Shown here: positions 40,569-55,599 of the stretch, piece after piece
How positions within the stretch are numbered: the stretch's first letter is position 1
Layout: each line of letters begins with the position of its first letter
From: Paramecium tetraurelia
Taxonomy: Eukaryota
NCBI GenBank assembly: GCA_000165425.1
Contig: CT868596.1
Coordinates: forward strand, 186,001-250,000
Length of the DNA: 64,000 bases
Reading direction: 5' to 3'
Program-made: the position numbers and the translations under genes
Notes under the pieces: generated by a model
Database searches by the model: none
What the model saw: only the letters and a program-made list of their open reading frames with translations
Told to the model about the DNA's origin: nothing

Positions 40569-40859
40569 TCATCGTTAGCTTTATTGTTGCCTATTGTATT
40601 ATTCTTTTTCAGATAAAATTTATTTTCTAGGAGAGATAAAAGATAGGAATGCATAAGTAAGCATCAACAACACCAAAATTGTGGTCAATCCTTGAATTGA
40701 TGGGCCTGTGGATGTCATTGATGGATTAGCTAAAATGATAATATGATAAGAATTACTTATGTCGCCATTTTCATTTTACAGTGGATTGAGATTGGCAAGT
40801 GATTAGTAGATGCGATTGGCATGATTAACTATGGTTTCACATAAATCATTGTTGCTCAT
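40569..40859 (-). CDS. Small single-pass membrane protein, SMIM14/DUF2615-like
   Basis: MSNNDLCETIVNHANRIYQSLA...GLTTILVLLMLTYAFLSFISPRK; 29-nt intron; recalls the SMIM14 DPCEC..HEH motif plus a TM segment. Confidence 0.6.
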
Positions 40860-41147
40860 TTTCAAAAAATAAATTATTAAATTTTCCAGAAAATAGAAAT
40901 CGCTTTATATTCTACAAAGATGTACACATCATACAATTCATACATTTAATTAAAATTCTGATTATTATATAAAATTCTGATTAATTTATTATTTTCTATG
41001 AAATCAACAAAATGATGTCATTAAATTATGGATACGTAATAAGTGTTGCCTAATAAAATCTTAATGCAATTCGATTAATTTTATATAACCTATATTAAAG
41101 TAATAAATTGTAATATTAATTGCGAAATAGTATGTAATAAAATCTTT

Positions 41148-42000
41148 ATGGAAGAGTAAGTGTACATATCTGATGATGAAACATATTATTTAAAACATTC
41201 AACCAAAAAGATTCTTATAATATATATTATGGACTATCAAATATAGAATAGATTTGACTTCAAGAGCGGGTAATTCTAGAATGGGAAGTGAAATATGATG
41301 AAACTCAATTACTTTTCCAGAATAATTAAATTAGAGTGTTTTTAATTAGCAAGATAACATATTTAAGTTAAAGAGGAATAATAAGTGGTATCTGCATTCT
41401 TTCTATTGATGATAAGAATATACAAGGACATATAATGTAGAATTGTAGTTGAAAAACAAATTAATAGCTAATGAAATAAGTGAAATGGAGGTAAATTGGT
41501 TCAATACTTGTCAATTGTTCATTTCTTTTATGGGTAGTACACATTCACACAACTTGCAAGTTGCTATTTATAACAGTTATAAGAATCAATAAAAATAAAA
41601 AAATAGCAACTATAAGATGTTACGATTTAATGAAATCGAATATTACAAGGGCAAAATATATGGGAAAAGAGGGAACTTTCCTCGACTTTGGGTTGAAGTT
41701 GAATGTGGTCGAGTTATAATACTGGAAAAGCCTTTGCACTTTTATAAATTTTAGAATTTCTTTATAATAAGATCTGATTAAATTATTGAAGAAATCAGTA
41801 GAAAATATATTAATCAGACAAAGATGTGAAGAAGGAACATTTTTAAGGGGAATATTAAGATGAAGAATCTGTTCAAAATACAATTGATAAGGACATATGG
41901 TTACAGATAATGGTTACATATTGGCGATATAGATAAATTGGACAAAAAAGAAAATTTCACTATCACTGAAAGGATTAAAGAATTAATAATAACTGCAAGT
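41148..42000 (+). pseudogene. Probable decayed gene
   Basis: MEEQVYISDDETYYLK start with coding-like composition but repeated in-frame TGA; relic ICSKYN*QGH. Confidence 0.3.
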
Positions 42001-42477
42001 AGTGCAAATATGACACTAATTTAGATTTAATCTAAAGTTAAAAGGACAATGACAATACTATTTATCTAATTTTATGATTATTTGTGATAAAAGAAAGTAT
42101 CTTACAATATTGTTAACATTAAAATATCATTTCAAACTTAAAGGAACATAATTATTTAATGGTTATAAAATTCGCTAAATATAGATGTTATTAAAGTTCT
42201 GAAGAAAATTGGTTTCAAAGGCAACAAAGATCCCATCCCTTTGATTTATTAATTAAATTAATAAACTATGCAAATATTTGATTTGATTATACAATCAAGT
42301 CATTTTAAAGTTGAATATATTATAAATGAACTCTTTTTCTTATTGATTTCATTACCGATGGAGGAGAATTGACTCAAATTCAAAGAAGAGTGGTTGTAGA
42401 TTTGATGGATCAACGAAATTGAGAAAATTTGATAGGATGACAAATTGTGAAATTATTTATAAAATATTGTAAAATCT

Positions 42478-44033
<1,556 letters not shown>

Positions 44034-44111
44034 TTATATACCAATTAATATCAATCAATTTTGTATTCTCTTATTTATAATTTAAAAGTATATCAAAATT
44101 AATCAGATTTT

Positions 44112-45055
44112 TCACTATGCATCCTAAAACACACCATCCTTCCAAACACCAGTCTATAAAATACTTATGATGATTTCTTATTTACCTGCGTAACCTATTT
44201 ATTATTCACCAAAATTCCTTATCCATTTTGAACTCCATGCTACCATTCCCCATCATAATAAGTATTTGAATTCCAGTAATACGTCCCTTTCCCATGTTTT
44301 TATCCCTAGTAATATTGTCCAACGTATTTCCTCCCCTTCAAACAAAACGTACCTTGTCCATGCATAAGGCTCTCCTCCCATTACCCTTCGTATCTCTAAA
44401 ATCTTACTAATACAATTACTTTATCAACTTCCCACACACATAAACCAAACCCACTCTAAATATCTTATTTCCATTCTCCATCATACATAGTACCATCTTT
44501 TCTCTTCAGTATTCCCTTCCCTTATTTCATTCCTTTTTCAAATTGCCCAGTGTAAGAATTACCATTAAACCTATCTCAATTTATTCCTTACTCGGTTAGT
44601 TAACCGTAGCCATGGTATAGTCCATTCATGAATTCTCCAGTATAGGAACTCCCACTAACCTAAAAATGACTCCCTTAACTTAGTTGCCCATTAACAAACT
44701 GCCCTTCAAAAATATCGCCTTTGGCCGTCCACAGTTTACCTTTTCCATTAGGAGCCTTATCTTTCCACTGTCCTTCATATCTAGTACCATCTTCATCTAG
44801 AAATCATAATTTGTCATTACAAGTCCATTCCAGATATCCTTCCCCACTTGGTAATTTAAATTCATTCTAAATGCAGCTATAATTTACGCACGAGGGTGCT
44901 TAAGAAATTATTTATAAATTGGGCAATTAAGATATTCCAATTTCACTTTTGTTTATTACGTTTTCATCAAGCACACATAGATTTTCGTTAGTAGTATTCT
45001 CATTCGTAATAGTTTTCTCAACTTTATACACATTCTTCCCTTAACACAAACCCAT
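44112..45055 (-). CDS. MORN-repeat protein with N-terminal MGLC acylation motif
   Basis: YEGQWKDKAPNGKG, YTGQFEKGMKQGKG, YDGEWQHGVQNGQG repeats; tiny introns. Confidence 0.9.
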
Positions 45056-45450
45056 AAGTTGAAAACTTATAATTATTATAAAACTTAAAAAGCAACAAAA
45101 TTTATTTAACATAGATATTCTATCTAATGAACTATGACATTCTATTCCGAGAAACGCTCGAATTTAGATGAAACACACAGAAATCTATGAAGTTTGTCAA
45201 ATCAATGGTAATTAAGTGCATTAAAATTAGTGGCAATAAAGATTATGGGAAATTACACTATGCGTTTAATGGGTAAATAAAATAATAAACATAACTTAAA
45301 TATTAATCAAGACTTTCTGTGTAATGCATTCAATTCTTTAACATTAACTGTTCCCTCTTTAAACAATATCATACAGAAATATAGATAAAAGATGAAAATA
45401 TAAAAAAAATATTATTTATATGAATATCCAAATAGTATCTATAAAATTCA

Positions 45451-46615
45451 TCATCGATTTGTTGAAGAATCGTCTTTTTATATATACGATGAAGTACTGT
45501 CCCTTGCTGAATCAGTATCATTTAGTAGAGAATCTTTTAGTATTTTAGATTCCTAAAATCATTTAAATTTAATTACTTTGATTTTTCCAAATATCAAATT
45601 ATAGATGCTCAACTTTGCAAAGAACATATAGGTGCTTTTTAATGATCTTGGAAGGTTCGGCACTAATTATTGATGGAACGCATAAAAAAACAGTGATGCG
45701 TAATTAAATCCTTGTAGTGCTAGTAACAGTTATGGAATGAACCACAAGACCTATAGGAAGTATCCACAATTCCTTATCCAATCCGTTTAGTAATCTATAA
45801 GTTTCTCCACCATGTTAATTGTCCATAATATTATTAAAGTAATAGGTAAAATATAGAGATTTAATGAGGAGCATTAATCAAACTCATCGGTAAGATTGGT
45901 TCTTATTTTCGATTTTAAACTTCTCACTGAAAAGTGAAATACCAAACTAACAATAAGCAGTATGGTTGTGATTGAGGATTACATCCAGAACAAGCTTCTA
46001 GTAAATGTATCATCAGATCTAACTTCCAGATTGCAGACATAATAGATAAGTTGCTTTTTCCATGAAGTGCCATAATGCTAAAAGTTTGCCCCTATGAGCA
46101 TAGGCAAGCAGATGGCAAATGTAATGAATCCAATTGCAAAATGTATCCAATAAATTTACTTTGTGTTTATTACAAACTTAAGATTTGGATTTAATGTTGA
46201 TTTGATGATATAGCATGAATACAACGAAATCAAGGTTGATGCCAAAAAGGATGAATTAACGAGGTACCCTTATAATTCGCAATCTTACATAATATATACT
46301 CAATTATACATGTTTCATTAATGCAACTTTAAGTGTTATTATCTTGATCAGTCTTGAGTTAGCAATCTAGGCGATCCGGTTTAGCTTACTCATAATAGAT
46401 GAATGGTGTTAGTACTTGTGGTACATAGAAAAATAGCATACAAACGATTTAAGTAAAGAAGAGGCTAGTTATAGTTTTCATATTTACTTAGCAATGAAGT
46501 ATTTCCAGCCTTGTCCTAATAAATATACTATGATGACTCCAACAACTGACAATAAGCCTATGACTATGCAAGAAAACTGAGCAATCAAAATGGGGTTACC
46601 TTCATAGAAATACAT
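45451..46615 (-). CDS. Putative 7-TM GPCR-like protein (cAMP-receptor-like/GCR1 type)
   Basis: Short N-terminus, about 7 hydrophobic helices, Cys before TM3 (ETCIIEG) and in ECL2 (YYVCNL), TM7 LLALQGFNYA, Ser-rich cytosolic tail. Confidence 0.65.
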
Positions 46616-46718
46616 TAGGTTAATAATTTGTATAAATAAATAATATTATTTAAAAAGATATTAGCCTAATGCAATAAATCATTGATCGTATTTCATCTAT
46701 TTAGTACAGTTTAGAATT

Positions 46719-47605
46719 TCATTACGAGGCCAATTCATAAAGTATCTGAGGATAGATTCTAGAATTTTTATATCTGTTTGTCTAATAGCACTGGCAAATG
46801 GCGAAGCATAAATTGAAAAGGTACAGAAAATCCACTATTAGGTAGTCAATGTACGACTTGTTCACGTAATACTCATATTCCTACTCAAAATATCTATAGC
46901 AAGCATCTTTTCTTATATTAAATATTAAAATACGGGATTCCATTGTTGATATTTGAAAATAAGTAAACGGGATGAGGCTTGCACCATCCTGAGCAATGAT
47001 ATTTTTCTTCTAAAAATGCAATATAAGAAGAGGAGGCCCCTTCAATTTTAATCCACTTTTTGCATTTCTAATAAGAGGTTATATCGCTCATTTGTTTGTT
47101 TGTTGTATAATGTATTCTATTGTTCTCCAAGTAGTCTGAATTCCAGTCTTGGATCTTCTCGATGTAACAAATGCAATCATGTTTACAAAACTGGGTCTCT
47201 GCCCATAATATTTACTCCTTTGTTTTTTGAGCAGCTGGTAATTCGGAGGTCTTACAATCGAATTTATTACTAAACAATTAATCTTTTAAAATAGTTAATG
47301 AGATTGTTATATAGACTGTCAAAACTCCTATAAAAATGATGAAGCAAGAATAAATGAAAATGATACAGAAGTTTGGACAATATGAACTTAATAGGCCAGA
47401 TGCTCCCACTATAATAACTGCAATGCCCACTGAAAATGTAAATACAATTCCCTAAGAATAATTCTTGATTGAATACGTTGCTGTCATTGCTCACATCATC
47501 ACTCAAAGTCACAAACACTTAAGAGATCAGCACAATCCCCAAGATAATAAAGCAAAAGCAGTTTATTCTGATAAACAATTGAATAAACTTTAGGGGCAAA
47601 CACAT
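46719..47605 (-). CDS. Tetraspanin-like 4-TM protein (ciliate type)
   Basis: Three N-terminal TMs, Cys-rich loop (CKHDCIC, FLEEKYHCSGWC, YLFSNINNGIP, DAC), then a final TM. Confidence 0.75.
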
Positions 47606-47687
47606 AAACTAAAATTTATTATTATCTATGATTAGAAGAGAGTATTCATTATCAACATAATTCTAAAATATATTTTATTTTGAATCA

Positions 47688-48849
47688 TCATTTGTGTTTC
47701 TTAGCGTGATTGTCTACCAAGTCGTAAGCCTATTGAACTGTTTTGATTTCAGAGATTCTAGCAACATTAAATAATGTCCATACCTTTTTCCTTTTCTTAC
47801 AGCATAAGCAGCGTCATACTATTCTTTGTATTCCCTAGTCTAGATAAGTAATTATTCAGTCAAACTCAAATCCCTGTTGATGATGGTCAATCTCTTCTCC
47901 AAAAGAACCTATTCATCATATATACTCATTCTTACTTTATCGTTGGTTCTCTTCTTGATCAATTGGGAAGTGACTTCGAAATCTTTGGAGAACTTCTCTC
48001 TCAATTCAGCAATCTCTTGGATTTATGTTTAGAAAGTGATCTTAAATTGCTTAAATCAATAGCATACTTGACTTTGAGTCTCTTGTTCGTCCTCCTATTA
48101 CATCAAGGCGACTACTGCATTTCTAATATGTTCCAACTTGTCAATGATTCTTTTGACTGTGGAAACATCGAATTTGGTTGTCAAAGCTACCATAATTGCA
48201 ATTGGATGATTGTGTCCGAGTTCTCTCTTGATTTTCTCAACGATTTCAAATTGTTCTGTTTGTAATAAAGACTTTCCTTCTTAATCAAACACGGCAACTT
48301 ATAACTTGGGAATTATCTCATTCAAGGCTGCTAACACTTTGCTATTGTTCTCCTATCTGGCTTAATAAGAGGCAGCTTCTTGGGCTCTGGTTTGTCTGAG
48401 TTGCTCTTCCTTTCCATTCAATATATTCAACTGTTCGGTGAGTGCATCCAATTACAATTACAAACCCACCAGAACTTGATTTACTTCACTCAATTAATTA
48501 TTTTTATCTTGTCTCTCCTTAGTAAGATTTCTTAAAACAATAACAAGCCATTCAATATCTAATCCGAGTGTTGTTGTTCTCTAATCAAATATACACTTTC
48601 ATATACATGAGCATACTCAAGATCATCATTTAATTGATCTCTCTTCATCTATTCTAACAAATCGCCAACCAAAGCAACCACTTCTGAGACCTTTCCTCCC
48701 TAACTGAGTTCTAAATCTAATAAAAAGGTGAAATCAGTATGATCAGTCTTGATTGCCTTGATCTCCTTTAGTAAAATTGGCACTCCCGCTTCTAATTCAA
48801 CTGCAGAAATTCCAAAAACCAATAATCCTAATATGAGGATAGCTTTCAT
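47688..48849 (-). CDS. Trichocyst matrix protein (TMP) precursor family
   Basis: Signal peptide MKAILILGLLVFGISA, LELSQGGKVSEVVALVGDLLEQMKRDQLNDD, two helical repeats joined by the SLLQ...HPIAIMVALTTKFD linker. Confidence 0.75.
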
Positions 48850-49781
48850 TATTTTATTAATATTAATAAAAACGGACTTTACTCAAATAATTAAAAAGAA
48901 AATTAATGTTATAAACAATTTCCCCTCCCTCCATTTGTATCACTTATTCGCTTTATCAAATCAAGACTCTGCCAACTATATTGAATCCGTGCAAATCCCT
49001 CTAATTATATAAGTAAATTGGATTGTAACTCCATAAACTCCTACTTTATCAATAAATTTATCACCAATCAAAAATTTATATATATAAGTAGATTCATCTC
49101 GAAAAATCTGATTTGTTCGTGATTTTAAACTCGAATTATAACCAAAGATTTCAGTTAGAGTTAATTCAATTCGAATATCTTTTATTTAATTAATAGACAT
49201 TTTAGATTAGTAACGATAACATTTTATCTTAATCTTTGTAAATTCAAGCATTTTAGAGGATTCAGTAATCTAAAAGGAGAGAGTAGACATATTTTAATGA
49301 TAAAATATATTGTATCTTTTATACAATAGATGAAATCAAAAATAAATGCGAACTTTCTTCTCCATCTGACAATCTACATTTTGTTAAATGCTGAAAGTAT
49401 TATAAAACGATTAGAGTCATATTGATTAAGATAATGTTTTAAAATTTAATATTTTGTCGTAATGGAAATAAATTAAATTAATTCTAGATGCTATTCGAAT
49501 TGTATCAAATTTATTCTTATGCTTATCATAATTGGAGTAACATTAAATTATATTATGGCCTAAAGCTTGGGGATAGATTTGTTTGAAAATGATCAACTTT
49601 AATTGAAGCATAATGAAAATGATTTAAACAATTAAATTTTTAGAGTCTTGGAATTTTGTAAAATTTTCATATAAAATGTACACTAAAATCAGGACTATAA
49701 TTAAATTAAAACTTTGTTTTTCAAATTGAATAGTGATACAGGGGTTAATTAGTTTTTGATATTAAAATATTTTATTAATCA

Positions 49782-50760
49782 ATGATTGAAAATTAGCAAG
49801 ATGACCAAATTAGTCCAATAGATTATGGGAAGTATCATGCAGAGCCTTAAAAGGATCATCGGGAGTTGAAATACATGGCCACTAAAATTAATGAACCGAG
49901 AGGGAGAATGCAGTATCCCTAACATGTGCAAGTGGCTATTGAGGATGATACGCATTCTCATACTGACTCTAGATGGTATGCCAAGAACGAAACCTATAAA
50001 TAACTTATTGGAAATGAGAGAACTGGGTTCATAAGAAAAGTATTATATTTTAAATAAGAAGGTCTATGCAATTATGATAATACAATTGTTTATAACCATG
50101 ATCATGTGTCTAAACTCTTACTTGTCACTTGATTATAGGAGATTCTAATTGCAAAATACTGGATATGCCTATTTGGCTCTAGCAATATCAATATTTGTAG
50201 AATTGCTCCTCTTTTGCATTCCCAAATTTGCTTGGAGAGTGCCATACAACTTCATTTTACTCTTTATATTTACTCTCTGCGAAGGTTATCTAATATCGAG
50301 TTTGTGCAGTTATGTATTTGATAAATATAGTGAAAATGGAGGTAAGCTATGAGTGTCCCTATGTAGGATTCATTGTCTTGATGGCAGCCAGTCTATCATT
50401 GGCAGCCGTAATAGGATTAACCTTATACACCTGCAAAACAAAGTCAGATTACACTACAAAAGGAGCTCTTTTGTTTATGTGTGTTACTTCTTTACTGCTT
50501 TTTGGGATAATGGCTGGTGTTTACTATCAGAATGTTATTAATCTAATCTATTCATTACTGTGTTGCCTTCTGTTTGGTGCGTACTTAATATACGATACTT
50601 AATTAATATTGGGGGGAAGTGTAATATATTTATAAATTATGTTAATTAGACCCATAAATTGTCCATTGACGATTACATCATTGGATCAATGATAATTTAC
50701 ATAGACATCGTGTACCTATTTGCACATATTTTAATGGTATTAATTGCATGTCTTAGATGA
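49782..50760 (+). CDS. TMBIM / Bax-inhibitor-1 (Lifeguard-like) membrane protein
   Basis: RTGFIRKVYAI, RVPYNFILLFIFTLCEG, KSDYT, YLIYDTQLILGG, SIDDYIIGSMIIYIDIV; 3 introns. Confidence 0.92.
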
Positions 50761-50802
50761 AGTATATTCGTTTTAATAATATAACATAAAGATATCATCT
50801 AC

Positions 50803-53782
50803 TCATCTTCTATATGGTGCCAAACTGCTCTTTCTAACTTCCTCCACTTCCTTCTCCTTCTCCTAAACTCTAGCTCTCAAACTCTCTATCTCAACTGATT
50901 GCATCTATGTTAAACAAGATTAGATACTACAAAATGGTAGAGCAAATCTTAAATTTTCCTGTTCTAAGCACCTCCATCAGCATACTGTAATCTCCATTGT
51001 CTTAATTCATTCTCATTAGTATCGATAATTCCTTAAAGTCGATCAATCTCTTAGGACAGTACTCGTATCTAAATTAAATATTTCTATTATCTTACATTCT
51101 CTTCATATAGTTTTAACTAGATGATTTATTATTCTAACTAAAAGCATTTCTTTTTTAACTAATCTATTTCGTCTTATTTATTAGTAATCACTTGATTCAA
51201 TCGTTCAATTTCAGTAGTTAACATGGAACATCTGTTCTCAGATTCAGCATATTTAGTCTTATAAATTTCCAATTGATTCAATTTCTACTTCACTTCATCA
51301 TATTGTCTCTATAATAAATGATATTATGCTTCCCACTTTTCCTTCTCCTTTCTCATCTCATCCTATTCTGCAAATGTCTTCCTTAATTACTAGTTTATTC
51401 TCTCTAACTCTTAACTATTTAATTGAATCTTGGTTTCATATCTTTAAATCTAAGTTCTATAATCTTCTACTTCTCCATTTCTGAATCTGAGTTATTCGTT
51501 CAATCTTAAATTTTCTGTATTCAAACTTGATATTTTCTATTCCAAGATGACACAACTTTCTTAATACATCTTTAAACCAGCAAGTTGAGTTTCTAATCCT
51601 AATCTTTTGCTCTTCTCCTCGTCTTGCTACTTTTATAATTAATTGTATTTATCCAATTATTTATATAATTGATCATCTTTTGATTTGATTTAATTGGAAT
51701 AATGTGTGATTTATTTATTTAACTATTCATTTTCATCACATAATTCACATTAAATTTAAGTCAATCTGTCTATTTCTGAACAATGTAAAATTATTCTAAC
51801 TAATGATTATTTCCATTTCTCTTCCATCTATTTATATGATTAACTTAATTCAAAATAAGTTTAATCTAATTTTCTATGTTTACTTGACCACTCTTCTACT
51901 TCATTTGTTTTCAATGCCAAATTCTATTTCCCTTTCTGAATCTCTGCAAACATTTATTTCTTTTATTCTTCAAATTCCTAAAGCTTACTTTATAACAACA
52001 TCTTTTATCTCTCTATCTCTTAAGTTAACATTGCAATAGTATTTTCATATTCCACCAATTTTTTATTTTTTACTGTAGACTGTTAATATTCGGATTCTAA
52101 ATCTTAATATCTTCTCTTCCATTCTTCAACCTAATTTTTGATTGTTTAATTAATTGAATCCGAATTAATTAAATCTTTCTACAATTAATTTCTGGTAATC
52201 TATACACTATGTATCTCAATTTATTTCTACTTAAGTTATTCTTATATTCTATCAACCTCCTAAGTCACACAACTTAATTTATTAAGACTATCATTGTATT
52301 GATTGTTTTTATTCTTGAATTCTTCTTCAAAATATGATCCTTTTTATTTCCAGTCGTCTAATTCTTAAGTCTTCTACCTCAAAATAGAGTTTAATCGTTC
52401 AATTTCATTTGTTAATACTTGGATTTTATTTATTAAATCAGTATTGGTTTACTCCAAACTATACTTTTATTATTACAATTGGTTATTCTTGATTTTCTGA
52501 TCTTCCATGTTATTGGTCAATTATTAAAACATATCAAATTGATCCTTCAATTGCATTTATAATTGATCCATCTTACCCACTTTTTATTTCAGTTCTTTAC
52601 ATTGATTTTCTGAATCAAAATACTTTTATCTCCATTCCTCCCCTTATTTTATCTTTTCTCTCAAAACTTAATTAAGTCTATCAACCTCCCCTTAGAGGAG
52701 ATTAATTTTATTTTGCATTTAATCGATGATCTAGTCCTAATCTTTATATTTTATCAGTTCATTTGAGGATAAGACATAAGCCTAATTCAATTGATCATAA
52801 TCTTTCTACTTTTTATCAACAAAACTTTACAGTGACCTAAATTCAGATTTCTATTTCTCTGATTCCTGGATGAGAGTAGAATATCTTTGCTTTGACAATT
52901 CCAACTCCTCCAACTTCTATTTCAACAATGTATTCAATCTCTCAGTTTCACAAACCAACATTCCAATCTTATTTTCTAATTCAACTACTTTATTGCCTTA
53001 TTGCTTATATAATTGTAAATCTGACTCTTATTAATTCAATTCAACTTAGTAGTACTCAATAGCTTGTTGCTTGCTCTGTAATTGTTCTCTCAATTTATAT
53101 AATTCTCCCTCCTTATAATATAATTGAATTTATCTACATTAATTTATTTTTGGGATGCCAATTAAGATCTCAATTCATCAATCTCTCTTTAGTGCTACTG
53201 GTTCCCTGTTATGAGTGTTTACTTTAATTATTCATTGGCATTTTTGTAGTTCTCCTCAGTTGTGTAATATTTTATCTTCCAATTTTCAATCTCTTCTGAA
53301 TATTGGGTGGTTGTAATTTCGATTTCCTATCTTATAATAATATCGAATTTTACCTAAACACACTCTCCTAATATTGCAATTACATTAGTCTTGCCTATAA
53401 ATCTTCGATCTACTTTTCATAACTATTTCTATCAAGCAATTTATCATCCATTTCTTTGATTCTGTATTTCAATTTATCATTTTCAGCCACGAATCTCTCA
53501 ATTTCACAAGCCATCAAAAAACACACAATGTCCAGACTCTTGCCCAGTTGTTATCTCGCTGGAGGTGGATTGTTCATTTGTGAACTATAAATATTGTTCC
53601 CTGACCTAAACACAACTAAACACAACTTTTTACATGGATCTCTTCATTTAAGAAACACTTAAGTTTGTTGTAGATGTACATTGTCTAATGGAACTTGATA
53701 TAATCTTAGAAGAAGATTAAGAAGTAAAATATTCTTTGTTTTAGCTTACTGAATCTAATGGTGTACGACAATATGTGCTCAT
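50803..53782 (-). CDS. Long repetitive coiled-coil protein
   Basis: Repeats such as ENKIGMLVCETERLN, NKIQVLTNEIERLN, ENRCSMLTTEIERLN, RVLSQEIDRL; several tiny introns. Confidence 0.8.
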
Positions 53783-53847
53783 TTTAAATTCAAATAATAA
53801 TTATAAATGAAAGATCGTTAATTTCATAATCACATAAAATAGCACAA

Positions 53848-55005
53848 TCATTTAAAAATTCTCTTTGATTTATTTTTTTATTCATTCTTTTACTTTACAG
53901 GTTTTACTTCAGATTCACTATCTTCATCTTCTTAATCATCCTCATCCTCCTCATCTTCTTCACCTTCTTCATCATCATCTTCGCCTTCTTCACCCTCTTC
54001 ACCATCTTCATCTCCTTCTTCATCATCTTCATAATCTTCACTATCTTCTTCATCTTAATCCTCCGATAATACTTCATTTAAATCCTCTTCTTCATCTTCT
54101 TCATCCTATTCTTCTTCATTATGTTATTAATCTCCCTTATTTACTACTTTAGTTTTCTTTCTATTTTGAACATTTCTCAAATGCTCCATTACTCTTGACA
54201 AATGTTCCACTTTTTTATATGACTTTAACATTTTTTTCTCTTTGGCATTCTTATATTATTTGCTAACACAATCATCATTTTCAACTTCATCTTCATCTTC
54301 ATCATCTGAATCCTTTTCTATTTCCTTACGACTTTCTTCAACTTTTTTCTTTTTTGCTTCCTCCCTCTTCTATCTCATGTAATTAGTTTAATCCTTTTCT
54401 GATGATTAAACTGCATTCTCTATCTACACCTTTGGGTCTACTTTAAATGTCTCCATCAATTCAAAATAATCTAGACCCTCCTTTGTTGGTGCTAACGGCT
54501 TAGATTACTTGATTGGAAGGATATCCAAAATTTAGGGTAATGCTTCATTAAGTTATAAGATCTTAATTTAATTGCCCTCCTTTAATTTCTATTTATCAGC
54601 TTTTCGTTACTTACTGTTTTAGATTATTTCCTCATAGATTTCCTTTTTGCTCTTTCTCTTATCTTGATTTTAATCGAATCCAACAAAATGATTGTTTTTA
54701 ACAAACCCTTTTGGCAATTCATCATCCGAACTCACAGGTATTTAATCATTATAATCTTCTTATAGATCTTAACCATTATGAGTGAATTTCCAATTCTTAA
54801 TTACATTTTATTCCTCTTATTCATTATCACTATCTAATGCAAATAAATTCTTTTTTTTTGGTGCTTCCTCTTATGTAGTTCGTTTTTGCTATAATTTAGG
54901 CGCTTACTATATTTTTTTATCCTTCTTTTATATCTTTTTGTCGAGATTTTCAACATGTTACTCAAATTTATTTTGTTTGTGCTCAAATTTCTTTATTTTA
55001 CCCAT
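53848..55005 (-). CDS. NOP14: NOP14-like nucleolar protein (N-terminal half only, acidic tail)
   Basis: NKFE, NLFAL, FTHNGQDL, RKSKKEIYEEIIQNSK..KADKQ, DYFELM; apparently intronless 385 aa ending after a D/E tract. Confidence 0.65.
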
Positions 55006-55599
55006 ATATTAAAAAAATAATTAGTATTGATTATTGTAATATTATATTTAATTAAAAGAGAAATCCAAAAAGTCAATCAAAAATCATCTTAATTCAGCTT
55101 AAGTTCAAAAGTATCTTTCATGCAATTCCCTTTACACTAATTCTATTTTCTACAAATCATAAATTATCAAATTGTGAAAAAAAGCAATTTATAAAAAGTA
55201 TTAAAATATTATTCTTTTTCATATCCTATTGGATTATGCCACAATATGTGAGAAAACAATTGAATAGCTTACATTTAATGAAATTCTAATTATTTTGAGA
55301 ATAAATTAGTATTAGTCTTTTAGGATATTGCAATAAATATTAATTCATAAATAAAATAAATATTTAAATGCAGACAGATGCTTTTGATATTTTATCAAAT
55401 TTATATATTGATGATTATAATATTGGATTGATCATTTCTTTGTAATCCTTTTTAAATAATTTACTTTAAAATTTCTTCAGTGACTTTTAAGTTTCGCATG
55501 CTCGAATTCATATATGTCTCTTCAGGGTTGGAGTCAAATATTCTTGGTTTGCTTTTTCATATTATTGATGCTGTTAAATTAATTATTAATTAATTCATA

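Noticed and set aside
42326..42450. GC-richer segment upstream of kinesin, considered as a snoRNA or U3
   Set aside because: No convincing paired C/D boxes, terminal stem or U3 boxes.
47963..49012. + strand ORFs 47963-48265 and 48749-49012 (and similar ones at 7858, 8976, 9476, 11921, 37720, 54782, 56901, 60488)
   Set aside because: They are antisense shadows of well-supported genes on the other strand.
53865..54152. His/Leu-rich + strand ORF in the supplied track
   Set aside because: It is the antisense reading of the GAA/GAT acidic tract of the NOP14-like gene.
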